Below, piece after piece: positions 48,201 through 60,946 of a stretch of 64,000 nt of DNA. The DNA comes from Oculina patagonica (lineage: Eukaryota). Both the position numbers and the translations under genes were made by a program. Under the pieces are notes generated by a model, which was not told where the DNA came from, made no database searches, and was given only the letters and a program-made list of their open reading frames with translations. The number at the start of each line of letters is the position of its first letter. Positions within the stretch are counted from its first letter, which is position 1. The stretch spans positions 28,334,001 to 28,398,000 of the forward strand of contig NC_135766.1 in the NCBI RefSeq assembly GCF_052425735.1. Reading direction: 5' to 3'.

Positions 48201-51200
48201 ATCAACACTGATGTGCCTCGTTCCGAAAGGTTTTTTTATTCCGGTTACAAGTCCCCCCCTCCCTTGGATATAAGCCCCTCTGTTTATAAGCTCACCCAAA
48301 ACCCCTTACAAAGTTGTATAAGGTCCACTGTCCCTTAAAAATTAAAAGGAACATCCTTTTAATAAAAAGAAAAGAATGAAGGTGGGGGGGTGGGGGCTCA
48401 ATAGGTTCTGCAATGTAATGAAACTTTGCACTGCATACTCACTTGCATGCTAATCTGTAGCCACTAATGATGGACGTAGGGTGAATCTTCTGCCTCACAA
48501 GTTCGTTAGCACCTCTCAGAAACTCTGCAGCAAGAATGACGACTGATGTTGTTCCGTCTCCAACTTCCTGGTCCTGAAGATCAGCCAGCTCACAAAGAAC
48601 CTTTGCAGCAGGATGCTCCACTTCCAGTAGTTTTAATATTGTTGCTCCATCATTTGTCACAGTAACATCCTAAAACAATGTTGTTATACTTTATCAGTTG
48701 TGACCCTCCATATGAAAAGGGGGCTTAACGTAATTTCTCTCAAACGCGTTTAAACGCAGCGTTTGAAACGCATTTGAAACGGGTTTCAAACAGTTTCAAA
48801 CAGATTTCAAACGCGTTTCAAACACCTTCTGAATTTAGAGCGTTTCAAATGCAGAAAACGCATTTTATAGGGTTTGAAATGCCAAATTATTTGAGCATAA
48901 TTATTACTGAACGTATGAGGTAGACAGCATTGTTTATGACAGTTTCCCAGTAGTAATTTTTGGAACGGTTTCACAGAACATCCCGGTAACAAATCAAAAC
49001 AAAATATGACGTCTACCCGTGTTGGAAGCTCGGTGAAAAGTTTGTTTTTGACTGGACTGGAAGCCTTTCTGCGGCCCTTTTGCTTTCAAATGGCAGACAT
49101 TCTGCAGAATTTAGCGAAAGCTGTAGATTAGCTCCAATTTAACTGCACAAAATAATTTTCCGCGGCAGCCATTTGGCAGTTATTTAGCAGCGCTCATTTT
49201 ACTGAGCGCTGCTAAATAACATAACATAGTAGCGTTCATTTTACTGAACACTAGCGCAGAAGTTTTGATAAGCTGTCTTAATTTTCGAACTGTTAACTGC
49301 AGAATCGCTGTGTGATAAAGCCAGCTGGTTGGTATTACTTCTCACTAACAGGAGTATAAAATTAAATCATTTGCCGCTCGAGTACTCAGCGGTGACTTTA
49401 TTTTCATTTGAAGGAATGCGACTCACCGAAAACGTGCATCTGGCATCCCAAAGTAAATTTTTCATCGATCAATCGATACAATTTCTAATATTTATATTGC
49501 AGTGTGTTTACAGGGAACATAAATTTGCAGTTTTCTTTTCTCCTGTGTGCGTTGTCATTCTCCATTCATGAAACCTCGGAAACTTCAAATGATCGCTGTT
49601 GAACGTACAAAGCGGCCCGCTTGTGGTTTGAAGCATCAGGTTACACAAGTTCGCACGTGATTAACACGCAACAGTTTCAAATGTAACTAAACTGTTCATA
49701 CATAAGTTTTTCGTTTTACAATCTATAGTTTAGTGAAATATATCGCTTATTTGCCGAAATTATCTCGATAAAAAGTGATATATTTCAAGTCTTCAGAAAA
49801 CAACCTGATTTGTGAGACGTGACAATGCACACGATCTGTATAAAACCTGATACTTTGTTTACTTTATTTGGCGGTCAAGATTTGAAAGTTAAAATGATCG
49901 GTTAACCGAACGGAAAACGTGTTGTTCAGTTTGGTTTTTCAAGTTACAAGGAAATTAACAAGCGACAAGATGGTCCAAACGCAAGAAACACGCTTCAGGA
50001 TATGTGGTGATATAGTTTGCGTGCAGCGAATGTGTTTGTTTACCGTACGCGTTACATATTTTCAACATGCCTCAGACACAAAGTGATGTGGATTAAACAT
50101 ACAATGTAAGTATATTTTATAGACTGTACAACTGTACACAATGCAATATTCACAGACAAGCTCTTGCAATTAACACAAGTGTGCATCACGCTGATTTATT
50201 GATGAGGAGAAAATGTTACTCAAATCGAAAAGTTTTCCTGCTGCAACATCATCATTCTCTGATTTCCTCAGGTACTGTAGACACTGTATAATTTGATGAA
50301 ATCGTTGTCACATTTTGAATAAATTATGCTTGAACAGTAATGATAATCTAAGCATGGCGTTTCAAACACATGCAAACGCGTTTCACCATGTTTCAAACGC
50401 CTACTGTTTGAAACGCGTTTCAAACACTTTGAAACGAATTTCAAATGCATTTGAAACGGGTTTCAAACGCGTTTCAAACAAAAACGCTCTTGAAACGCTG
50501 TTACGATAAGCCCCCTTTTCATATGGAGGGTCACAGTTTAGGGGTTCCTTTAACTTTCTGGGGTGGGGCTGCAGCCTAATGGTTAGTGTGCTGGACTCCG
50601 GATTGAGCTGTCTGGGTTTGAGCCCTGGCCAGGGCACTGCATTGTGTTCAAAAGAAAGACACTTAATTCCCATAGTGCCCCTCTCTACCCAAGTGTATTA
50701 ATGGGCACAGGCAATTTTTTTGCTGTAACCCTGCAGTGGACTAGCATCCCATACAAAGGGGAGTAGAAATACTCCTAGCCACTTAAAGGAGAAGTTCATT
50801 GTCATTGTCATTGTCAATTGTCGGCGGGAAAATCGTTTTGTGTGATGGACAGCTGTGTTAACTACTGCAAAATAAAACGTATTTAAAACGCTTTCTCAAT
50901 TCAACATTTTCTCAGGTAATCCAAAGGAAAATGCTGTTGACAAAACAAGCTCCTCAATTTCTCCTGGTGATCAGATCGCAAGTGGGACTGAGAAGAGTAG
51001 CGCTTCAACTACCCTTGCTTCAACTCAAGGCCCCAATATAACTGCAGCTCAACCAGAAACGAATTTAAGATCACCAGCCTTAAAGTCTGTCAAATGTACG
51101 CCTGAAGACGCGACCGCAATGAAGAAAGAAATTGAGAGCCTCTTTGCTTTTCCTGAGGGAGCTGTAGTGCACAACTTTTACAAGTGCACTTCCGATAACT

Positions 51201-54200
51201 GCCAACACCTGACATCCCAGGAGCAGGCCCGTCTAAAGCCTAGTCGCGATAGATTTGTCCACAGCTGGTTGTTTGACAAGATGCTCAACTTTTGCCATAA
51301 AACGGAAATTGCTTGGCTGGTTTATGAGGAAGGAAAGGGCATGTTTTGCTATCTGTGCAAGAAACACAACACAGAAAATCAATAAAACAAGTCCAAGGTT
51401 TATAATGCAACCCCGTGCATACGCTTTAAGAAGTCAGCTGTTCAAGAACATTTAGCAACTCAGCAACACAAGGATGCTGTTGGAGCTGAAATGTTAGCAA
51501 GGGTGTCAGTGTTTCATAAAGAGATACAGGAAAGGAAAATAGTGAAAGATGATGTCATGTTTAAGGCTTTCTATGCGGCATACTGGCTTGTCAAAGAGGA
51601 AATTTCCAACCAAAAGTTTTCATCTCTTCTAGATCTGCTTAAATTGCTTGGGCTCGATCACATGAAGCATTTCCAGTATTCTTCACAGGGTTCTTTAAGA
51701 GAAATCTTTTTGGCACTGGGCTCTGCATTGCTCGAAAAGTTGTTGGAAAAGGTGAAGAAAGCAGGCTGCTATGGCTTGCTTACTGATGAAGTCAGTGATG
51801 TTACAGTCATGGAAATGCTTATCACCTTCATCCAGTACTTCAACAAAGAAACAGAGCAAGCTGAGACAAGCTTCTTGTTTATCGAAGACGTTCTAAAGAA
51901 CTCCAATTCAGCCAATGCAGAAACCATCTTTACAGTCCTCACAAGCCAGCTAGCTGAGTTTGGTCCAGAGATACAGAAGTGCAGTTCATTGGTTTCAGAT
52001 GGTGCAAGTGTTATGACCGGTGCATGTGGTGGAGTGGCAACCCGTCTGAAGCAACTTAATCCTCAAATGATTTCTCTGCACTGCTTGTGCCATAAGCTTG
52101 CATTAGCCTGCACCGACACTAGCAGCCAAATAGAATACATACGAAATGTTGAGCTCTGGCTAAGGCAGCTTTGGAAACTGTTTGAAAATTCACCGAAGCG
52201 TACAGCAACGTACTTGAAAGTACAAATAAATTTGAAATCCTTAGTCCTCTCTGATAAGAGTAAGAAGGTTGTAACAAAGAAGATAAAGAAGGCCTGCCAG
52301 ACCAGATGGCTGTCTTTTGATGCAGCTACAAGTGCCATTTATGAAGATTACAATGCATTATTGCAGACTTTAAGGCAGCTGAAAGAGACTGATGCAGTCG
52401 CTTCTGGCCTCCTCAGCAAGATAGATTCCTCCAAGTTTATTGGAACAATTTACATTCTTAAAGAAATTCTTCCTGTCCTTTCCAACTTGAGCAAGAACTT
52501 TCAACGTGGGCAAGTCAACTTCTCACACATCCAGCCGTCCATTAGTTACACCTTGCAGAAGCTGACTGAAATTGCAGATTCCCAGTCCCCAATAACAGCC
52601 CTGAAGCGAGACATAGAAGGACGCCTGGCTATATCTGGGGTAAACTTGAGTACTGCCACAGAAAATCAGCTTACCAATCTTCTTTCAAAATATGTTACAG
52701 CCCTGAAGGAGAACATTCACCACCGGTTTGATGATGATCTCCCTGTTGTCAGTGCCTTGTCCATTTTCAACCCATTGACCTTGCCCAAGCCAGGGTCTGG
52801 TGCATTTAAGGAGCACGGAGCAAATAAGGCACAGACATTGGCAAAGCACTTCTTCAGTGAACCAGCCAAACAAGAGCAGCTACTAGCTGAATGGGAGAAA
52901 TTTAAATTTGATATGGATGCTTGGAAGCAAGAGATCCCAGAAGAGGTGAAGGAGAGCCACCTTGAAACAGCAACAGAGTGGTGCCTTAAACGACTGATCT
53001 CTCTCAAGACATCTTACAGCATTGTGTTTCCTGCTCTGACAAACATTGCTGAAGTCTGTTTGTCAATGCCCGTTTCTAACGCATGGCCGGAAAGAGGTGG
53101 CAGCGCCCTGAAACGTATCAAGACTCGGCTGAGAAACCGACTAAATGTTACCATGCTCCAGTCACTTCTAATGGTCTCTATTAATGGTCCCAAGGTCGGA
53201 ACCACAGAATGTGAATCCCTAGTCACAGCCGCAGTGGAGAAGTGGCAAGCCCAGAAAAAGAGGCGAAAAATGCCTAAGGCAGTGTCGTCAACCTCAGTTG
53301 CAGCCTCTTCCTCCACACAAGTGGCTGTGATTGAGACAGCTGATGCCTGTGTGCAAACACACCCGCCCCAGGCTCACCCCGCTGGTGATAATAGAGATGG
53401 AGAATTAGAGGTGCAGATTGCTAGTGCCGCCCTGAACCTGACCGATGATGCTTTGTGCCAAGAAGAAGCAGACTCTGATTATGATAGTGATTGTGACGTC
53501 GACGATGTTGATGATGCCTTACTTTTCTAAATTACATGACTTGGTTTTGATTTTGTTCTATAGAATAGTCTATCAAATTGAAGCATAAAGAACTGAAACA
53601 ATCAAATTGTTTGTAACACTAGCACAGACAAAGGACTTTTATCTTTTTACTGTACCTTCCCAAAGCAAATTGTTTGTGAATCAAATTGCAATTAACTTTT
53701 AAAACGTGACTAGGCAGCGTGATGTAAAATAAGACTGAGCTAAATTTGTCAAAGAACAACAAGTTGAACTTTTTAAGTGGATTTTTCACTGAATTTTACC
53801 ATAATGAACATCTGAAAATTCCCCTTGAAAACATGCTCAGATTGCAGGAAATGGCCTCTAAGCAACTGTATATTTCAAAAATTTCTGGGGGAGCATGCCC
53901 CAAGACCCCCCTAGAAGGGGGCGCTTTGCGCCCCAAAACGCACACTTCGCGTGCTAGATGATCTACTAGCCGGCTATTCTATTGACATCAGCCGGCTACT
54001 ATAAATTCTAATGACAACCCTGCGTTTAATCGAGAAAATACGACGAAGTCAACAAACACAACAGAGAGTTTCTCTGGTTGATTAAAAATCCTCACTGAAA
54101 TAAAGTAAAAAAGTGAAATAGCATAATCGTAACATTGGTTGGTATTGCGTCTGGCTTTTTCTTTCTTTCTTTCTTTTTTTTTTTTTGGGGGGGGGGGGGT

Positions 54201-55719
54201 ATTTTCACTTAGTAGACTGTATCTGTAATCTTCTTCGAAGCAGTCTTTCGTATAGTTTTCAGAACACACAAATATTTATATCCGCTTTGGCAGGAATTTT
54301 TTGTTTCTGTCCATTCTTATAATCCATTCGTGAGCATTTTTTCTTTTAGATATTGAAAGACGGTGAAAGGTTTTTTGTATCTCTTGGAGCTCTGTTTGAG
54401 AAACATGGAGCTGCACAAACAGACATTTTGACAAACAAAACAAAACAAAGAGTATTGAGTATTCAAACTTCAGGCTGAGCTCTTTGACGTCACGCATTCA
54501 TTACTAGCTCCAAGATGGCGGCGTTCAGTTGTCGAATTTTGGGCTACTTAGAGAAAGATTTAGTAGGGTTTTAGCTCTCGTTGGAAGCTGAAATTTTGGT
54601 GAATAACATATTTTTGTATAAACTTTTTATTGGCGTAAAGAAAATTAATGGCCATTCTGGAGTGAACTTCTCCTTTAAGTATCAGCTTGTTGATATCCAC
54701 AGTTGAATGACTCAATAAAACCATAGAAACAACATGATGTCAATGTTTAACTTGTAGAAATTGAAAGAAATAGTTTCAGATAAAAATTGATAACAATCGA
54801 TATGAATCGAACTCCCAACTTTTTTCCTTTGTCCAGTGATATCGATTGCTATTGATTGTAAGCAATTATCGGTTTATCGATTGACGAGGCCCTGCCAGGG
54901 GGGGTTCCCGTGTCGCTTGTCTAAAATTGAAAAATGTGCCATGTCGCTGTTTTATCGCTCTTTGTGTCGCTGTCTGTAATTAAATTGAAGGAAAATTGCT
55001 TGTCCTTGTCGGAATTTAAGTTTTTCCAAAAGGGTTGTCGTTTGTCACGATTTTATTAGTATGTTGTCGCTACTTTTTGGGCCACGTCGCTTGTCGGAAT
55101 TTACCCTGGCAGGGCCTCATTGACTAAGCCTGGTAAGATTTTTAACTTTTTACTCTATTTTTAGCCACTACAGTACAGTACAACTAAATGTACATGTACT
55201 AGTACAAATTCATGAACTTTAAAATTAACCTTTTTTGTGTTCGCATCATATAATTTATTAAATGAATGTGTGAAATCTAAAATTAATTTTGAATTTTTCT
55301 GCAAGGTTCTTTTATAGTGAATGCATCAGCATGCGTACCGGCGAATTTAATATTCAGCACACTCGAACTACACTCAGTCTAGAACTTCAAATGAGTATTT
55401 TCTACATTTAAAACTCGATGATTCTTTAGAAACTTTGAAACTTTCTCCTTAAAAAATGTAGTGACAACAAATCTTACGTACCCCGATGTCATCAACCAAC
55501 ATTTTGTCCAGCCCAACAGGACCCAAAGAACTTTTGACAATGTTTGCGATCGCTGTCACCGCGGTAACTGTGAAGAAAAGCACACAAATAATTTAATCAG
55601 GGTTGAGATTTATTCAATATCTTTCTTTCTGCCTTACCATTTTGCGTTCGTATGTTTTCTCCTGTAGTCCTTTCGCCACCAACGTGAAGCAACTCGGCAG
55701 AACTCGGTGCGGACGACAT
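39259..55719 (-). CDS. TCP1: T-complex protein 1 subunit alpha (CCT1), ~558 aa, 10 exons
   Basis: Exons 55638-55719, 55482-55567, 48443-48669, 47683-47975, 44709-44835, 43836-44011, 42899-43022, 41066-41258, 40109-40272 and 39259-39463 join in frame. Motifs: [46 protein letters not shown]. Confidence 0.97.
39661..40070. repeat. ~105-bp minisatellite, ~4 degenerate copies (TCP1 intron 9)
   Basis: Repeated gaaaccctagtgtgtgaccattcaaatgaaagctattgagcagtac..aaggtggttctaacttttaagtctgtggat. Confidence 0.85.
40337..41041. mobile_element. Tc1/mariner(pogo)-type MITE, TA TSD
   Basis: TIRs cagtagaaccccg / cggggttctactg flanked by TA; internal ttcgagtta repeats. Confidence 0.85.
41819..42569. mobile_element. 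Non-autonomous DNA element with GGGGGTGGAAGAGGAAT TIRs (MuDR-like, tentative)
   Basis: TIRs present; imperfect 9-bp flanks caaattatc/aaaattatt; subterminal gaataat repeats. Confidence 0.7.
43510..43792 (-). mobile_element. tRNA-derived SINE
   Basis: Same family as 18197-18470; TSD aataagaaa. Confidence 0.8.
45060..46383. mobile_element. 1.3-kb non-autonomous DNA element, GGGCAATTCC TIRs, AATT flanks
   Basis: gggcaattcc / ggaattgccc termini; internal acgtccatga repeats. Confidence 0.65.
46576..47091. mobile_element. TA-flanked MITE with 34-bp TIR
   Basis: ccttattacatgaaattttcgcgacacgttaatttc and its reverse complement. Confidence 0.85.
47350..47588. mobile_element. PIF/Harbinger-like MITE
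   Basis: ggccgggttgttcgaa / ttgaacaaccaggcc termini; CTG 3-bp TSD. Confidence 0.7.
48700..50534. mobile_element. 1.8-kb non-autonomous DNA transposon with ~30-bp TIRs and AAACGCGTTT subterminal arrays
   Basis: TIR gtgaccctccatatgaaaagggggctta; agtt duplicated at the flanks; no long ORF. Confidence 0.85.
50787..54674. mobile_element. Kolobok-like element (TTAA TSD, AGGAGAAGTTCA TIRs) with THAP remnant, enclosing a hAT element
   Basis: ttaa-aggagaagttca ... tgaacttctcct-ttaa. A degenerate THAP on the minus strand at ~54200-54400 reads FHRL..EWI..R..K.LP / [10 protein letters not shown]. Confidence 0.72.
50916..53530 (+). pseudogene. hAT-family transposase (ZNF862-like) with one in-frame stop
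   Basis: ORFs 51119-51385 and 51491-53530 are in the same frame, split by TAA at 51383. Zn finger [15 protein letters not shown]; catalytic motifs LTDE, SDGASVM, HCLCH, TRW, WPERG; right TIR ..atgacaaccctg ends at 54022. Confidence 0.88.
54887..55118. mobile_element. MITE with GAGGCCCTGCCAGGG TIRs
   Basis: TIRs present; attgac duplicated at the flanks; internal tgtcg repeats. Confidence 0.75.
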
Positions 55720-55926
55720 TTTGAAACTTCGAGCATGTGTTGCACGACCGCAAGTTATCATGGATAGGTAGGAGTGCCGACTAGTTACCAGGGCACTTCG
55801 AAAAAGGCGAGTCCAAAACAAAAGATGGCTGACTACTGCAAAACAACTTCTTTGATTTCAACATCGATCGTAAGGTTTACTCCACCTAGCTGCATCAAAT
55901 CGCCTTTGGATTAGATATACGCAAGC

Positions 55927-56259
55927 ATGAGGTACTCTCAGCTCGTTTGCGTGATTTTGGGGATCATTTTCGTCGCCGAAAATGGACGAAGATCGATCGT
56001 TTTCGGAATGCCTGTGGATGGTCTTGACGGAAGTAAGCTATGCAGATCGAACATCAAGTCGAATGCAGCCGGAAAAGAACGATCTCAAATTGCTTTTGAG
56101 GTTCTGTATTGGGATACAACTTCTGTTCCTGCTAACAGCGTGAAGTGCAATCTGGAGTTTTGGAATGAAGCCGTGAGTCTTAACATGCCTCAAGGAAATA
56201 AAAGATCATTCAGCCACTTGGGAGTTAGATTGACCAAAGAGAATCCCAAATTATTCAAG
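55927..56259 (+). CDS. First coding exon of an unknown secreted/membrane protein, divergent from TCP1
   Basis: Good-context ATG, signal-peptide-like N-terminus (MRYSQLVCVILGIIFVA), 111 codons, then an AAG|GTAAAA donor. The rest is lost in the gap or beyond the window. Confidence 0.6.
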
Positions 56260-56560
56260 GTAAAAAGCAAGAAATAATATTTATAAATCAGATTCATAAT
56301 GCATTGCCTTTTAAACTTAACCTCAAAATAGCTTTCAGCGATACAGATCGATTTAATTCGTCTTAATATGAAAATGTTTATTTATAACCTTAATTTAATA
56401 CGGTAGTCACTGATTCGTGCCAATGAATTTGAGGAATTCGTATTTATTAGAGTAGCTTGCATTTATAATGAAGATCTCAAAGTGCGATTGTCCGATTGTT
56501 CATAATTAACTTGCTAGGAATGCCTATCGCTACTTAAAATTAGTATTGTTTGTTTTTGGT

Positions 56561-57060
56561 NNNNNNNNNNNNNNNNNNNNNNNNNNNNNNNNNNNNNNNN
56601 NNNNNNNNNNNNNNNNNNNNNNNNNNNNNNNNNNNNNNNNNNNNNNNNNNNNNNNNNNNNNNNNNNNNNNNNNNNNNNNNNNNNNNNNNNNNNNNNNNNN
56701 NNNNNNNNNNNNNNNNNNNNNNNNNNNNNNNNNNNNNNNNNNNNNNNNNNNNNNNNNNNNNNNNNNNNNNNNNNNNNNNNNNNNNNNNNNNNNNNNNNNN
56801 NNNNNNNNNNNNNNNNNNNNNNNNNNNNNNNNNNNNNNNNNNNNNNNNNNNNNNNNNNNNNNNNNNNNNNNNNNNNNNNNNNNNNNNNNNNNNNNNNNNN
56901 NNNNNNNNNNNNNNNNNNNNNNNNNNNNNNNNNNNNNNNNNNNNNNNNNNNNNNNNNNNNNNNNNNNNNNNNNNNNNNNNNNNNNNNNNNNNNNNNNNNN
57001 NNNNNNNNNNNNNNNNNNNNNNNNNNNNNNNNNNNNNNNNNNNNNNNNNNNNNNNNNNNN
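56561..57060. other. Assembly gap (500 N)
   Basis: Run of N. Confidence 1.
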
Positions 57061-57661
57061 CCAAATTAAGTCACAGGGAGCCCTCGCATCAGCTATAAGG
57101 ATAAATAAAAATAAATTTTACCTTACCTATCGTCGCGTTTTTTGCTTAGCGGCCATTTTGAATTTTTAATACTCGGTCAAGCAGGTGGGAGGTCTGCAAT
57201 CGAGAAAGGTGTGGGGTCTGGGACGGTCGAAAACAGTTCGGAAATATTAATTCTCGGGACCACGTCCGATCACTTTGGGAGTGCTATATAGTGATAAGCA
57301 TAAACTAAGGATCTTCTCTCGGTTCCAGTCTTCTCGCTCCGGCTGGCCGCCTATAAATGATTCGGCTCCAGACCACCAACTTGCAGACCGCGTAAAAAGA
57401 ACAAAGTGGCGACAAAAGCAGGTAAACTGTTATTTTTAATTATTTTCTTATCAGGTGTGAGGGCCCCTGTGTTTTGTCGGATGTAAGATCGGAGACATGC
57501 GCAGTCGATGCGGTTTTTTTTATATCCGGGGTAATCTGTATGCCATCCGGGGTAACCACTCTTTGTGTTTGTGATGACATAACGTAAAATGCACGTTTAA
57601 ATAAAAATGTGAGATATCGATCGATTTCGAGCAGGATTGGAAATCAAGGACACGATAAACT

Positions 57662-57850
57662 GTGGAAAGTATTCATCAAGGTCATGAACAGTTTAGGGAT
57701 GAATCTCGAGGAAGACAACAGGTTTTTATGTGTTTGGCTGCTTTATTATGTGAGCATTTTTTGCCGATTCACGAATGGAGGTGCCAAGATATCGATCAAG
57801 TCCTACTTAATGGAAATCATTTTTTCTCAGTGCATTCATCAGCAGTGAAG
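57662..57850 (+). pseudogene. Remnant of herpes-tegument-type (peptidase C76, BPLF1/UL36-like) deubiquitinase domain, probably Helitron-borne
   Basis: SIHQGHEQFRDESRGRQQVFMCLAALL...EWRCQDIDQVLLNGN matches the family pattern HQG..F...G.QC...L.....W...D.D..L..G; the catalytic Cys position is Gln. Confidence 0.6.
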
Positions 57851-60139
57851 TGCCAGGCAAACATGTTTCCATTCGGAGTTAACTGCCGACTGCTGCTTGC
57901 TGGTCTGGGGAGAAAAGAGTGGAAGGTGTGAAGCCAACCTGCTTTGTGTCTAAAGCGACTTCAGTACCATAGGCAAATCATTCAAGTTTTGTGGCTTCGG
58001 GCTCATGGACGCTGTCAAGATGGTGAGCCTAGCAAGGGACTGGAAACCAGTACCTCCGCGGCTAAGATGTGAAATAAAAGGCGGCGATGAGAACAACTAA
58101 GCGTTATTATAGAAGAGGCAATCTTTAGTGAGTATATCTATATGTAGGGACATGGATTTTAAAGGAACTGTGTCACGGATTTTAGCCACATTTAGGCATG
58201 GGAAATGAGCATCTAATTTGGCGAAATATAAAATAACCTTTTAAAACAGTGAAGGAACATTTTAATAACACGGCAAATACAAAAGAAGGTACGGATGGCC
58301 AAAAGGGACGAAGATTGAAATGGATTGGAATATGGGTTTTTGTCTATTAACTTTATTGGTCTCAAAATTTAAAATACAATATAATAAATTATAAAAATTA
58401 ATGGTGGAGTAAAAAAGGACCAAATAGGAATTGCGCGAACGGGAGAAGTTACCCATGCGAGGCGCAACCCTAAAAACTAGTAAAAAATTGTGATAAAAGT
58501 CAAAAATTTAATAAAAATTACAATAAAACTCATTAATCAATTATGGTTAAAAACAAGATGCAGATAATATTAGTCAGATAAAATTAAGAGCGATGGCAAG
58601 GGCAGTTACGGGAGAGGAACCAGGTGCAGGGCATGTCAATATCATAGGTAGTGTCCGGTAAAGTAAAATAAGTGGCGCGCAGAAATTTTTTAAATAAACT
58701 AAGACTGGAAAATTTGTTTTAAGGGGCGAGATTACTGATGGTGTTCCACGGTTTTACAATTCTTTTCAAATGTTGCTGGGATGAACAGTTTTCAGAGTTA
58801 ATCTCGCTATGGTGTTAAATCATATGTTATTTAGAAATAGAAAATCGTCGTTTTAGAAAAGGGCGGGCAATTATTATGTGACGTTGTGGGACCCGGACCT
58901 CTACGGGTTACACAGCGTGAAAATATCTTCATGCCCTCCTCGCTAATTTCTATTTTGTCTACCCGACGCCATTTCATGTGTGGTTTCAGCTGTTACGCGT
59001 AACAAGGAAAGCAAAAATTGCACTTTGGAGGATTTTTCTGCGCTTCAGTACAGCACTCGGAACCAGAGAGACAACGGCAGGAAAGAGAAATTACTGGAGG
59101 AAATTCCGCAGCGATTTGACCAATTTCACGGAAGATATTTCGCTTCGGGTTAGATGCAGTCGTTAATGGTTTCCAAAATTTTCGCAAAGCAATAACCCGT
59201 CGAAATTACTTCAAATTGGCCTGAGAAGCTGGCAAACAAGAACGGGCAAGACATAGCAGCAGTGTAAGTCAATTTTATTCATAAGACGTTCGAGTTTATA
59301 TATCTCAAAACAAAATTGTTTCATTCCCATACAAACCCTTATAAATTGAGTCTTAGAGTACTGTGGCTCTTATCGTTAGCTTGAGTTCTATTTGGAAAGA
59401 ACTCGGTTGCGTTGCATAAGTAATATTAATCGCGATCGCCTTTTATTTCGTGAATTGTAAATTTCCACAAATTTGCGTCTGTTAGGTAAAGTATTAGGAA
59501 GATAAATGTAATGGTAAACATTTCACGGCGCCATATTTGGTAAAACGAATCGTCTATTACTGAGAGAAAGGGTTTTCATCAAACGTCTTTTAGTTTGACA
59601 TTAATTTTTAAAGAATGCTTACTCATTTGCTTGTTGTAACAATGGTCGAGTTTTGTGTTCTTGAAACTTGAATGTCAACAAAAGGTTTCTGAGTTTAAAC
59701 AATTATCTTCCGTAAGGTAACAATTGACAAACCTGCTTCATTATCCCTTCTTCGTAATTTTAGTCTTTGTCGACATTTATATTAAAATCGTAAAAATGTG
59801 AACGCTATTTTCATACTCAACATCGCTTTGAACTTGATGAGTTCCAAATTGTATGGATGATTGTTGATATTTACGCGCTCTCTGGCTGTTGCACTTTTGT
59901 TGAAGCGGCCAGCTATTCCTTATACTGCTAATGGTCTTTCACAAAGATCATTCCCGTAAGCGGTCAGTCCCACATACGCACACTTTTTAGCTTTTTTGTG
60001 GGTGTCCACTTTCGTGGAGCTTTGATAGTATTTCAGTAAAAAACAGTGTCTCTAGACAGTGCCTAGTGACGAAACTTCAGTACGTGTGGTTTCCATCATG
60101 CATGACCAATACTCAGTCACCGAGAAATACTTTCTTTTA

Positions 60140-60946
60140 GGTCGCGCGGGACCCTTCCTCATTAATAAATTCATTAGCCAAATTTCTTGACGGAGTGCTA
60201 TCTTGGTAAAGCTTTAATTCACTACATTTTGAACATCGATTCCTCTTAATTTTAACAAGGATATTCGGGGATGATGGAATTACATCATGATTTTCCTTTT
60301 ACTGAGAGATGACCGTTGTCTGTGATGTTACAAGCCCTTAAAAGTTTAACTGCAGATAATGCGATTTTGTGTCCAAGTTTTCAGCTAGAACAGCGCACCA
60401 AATTAAATGATTATATAGCTTAGTGATAAATCATAACCTCTTTTGTGCTATGACTAGAACGAAATTTTCGATTTCAAAAACTGCTACAAGTTAATGGCTT
60501 CTAAGAGAGCAAAAATGTGAAATCTAGACTTTGAAACATGCTATCTTCATTTGAGAAGGAATTTTAAAAGTTCGCTCTAGTACATGTCATAGCACAATAG
60601 AGTACACCACGTTTATGTTCCTCGCGAATCAACTCTTGAAATTCTATATCGGCGGAGAAAACTTGGACACAAAACTGCAGGTTTTGAGGCTTCCGAAGAC
60701 CTTCCGAGTCAGTGTTTACAACAACGTGTGATATATTCAAAGCTGTGAATCTAATTATGATAATTCCCTATGTTCCAGCGCACGTGCACAAAGCTGAGAA
60801 AAATTACTAGTAATTACTTGTAGAAAAGAGTTTAAAAACAAACATTCTCATGAATATTTCGTTTGTTGTCGGCTTCAGTCGTCCGGCAGTTCGTGCATAC
60901 TCTTTAAATAAATACATACTAATGATTGCAAGGGTCCTGCGCGACC
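60140..60946. mobile_element. MITE with GGTCGCGC..GACCCTT TIRs, TTAA-like flanks
   Basis: ggtcgcgcgggaccctt / aagggtcctgcgcgacc; it interrupts the tandem unit. Confidence 0.7.

Noticed and set aside
50565-50640. tRNA gene
   Set aside because: The tRNA-like A/B boxes are the head of a SINE with several copies in the window; there is no full cloverleaf.
51491-53530. Domesticated ZNF862-like host gene
   Set aside because: It retains a TIR, has an in-frame stop and a missing 5' end, and lies among nested elements.
39464-55481. Intronic snoRNAs in TCP1 (vertebrate TCP1 hosts H/ACA snoRNAs)
   Set aside because: No convincing C/D or H/ACA box structure seen by eye; this needs Infernal/snoReport.
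56540-57169. Long ORFs across the N run
   Set aside because: Artefacts of the assembly gap.
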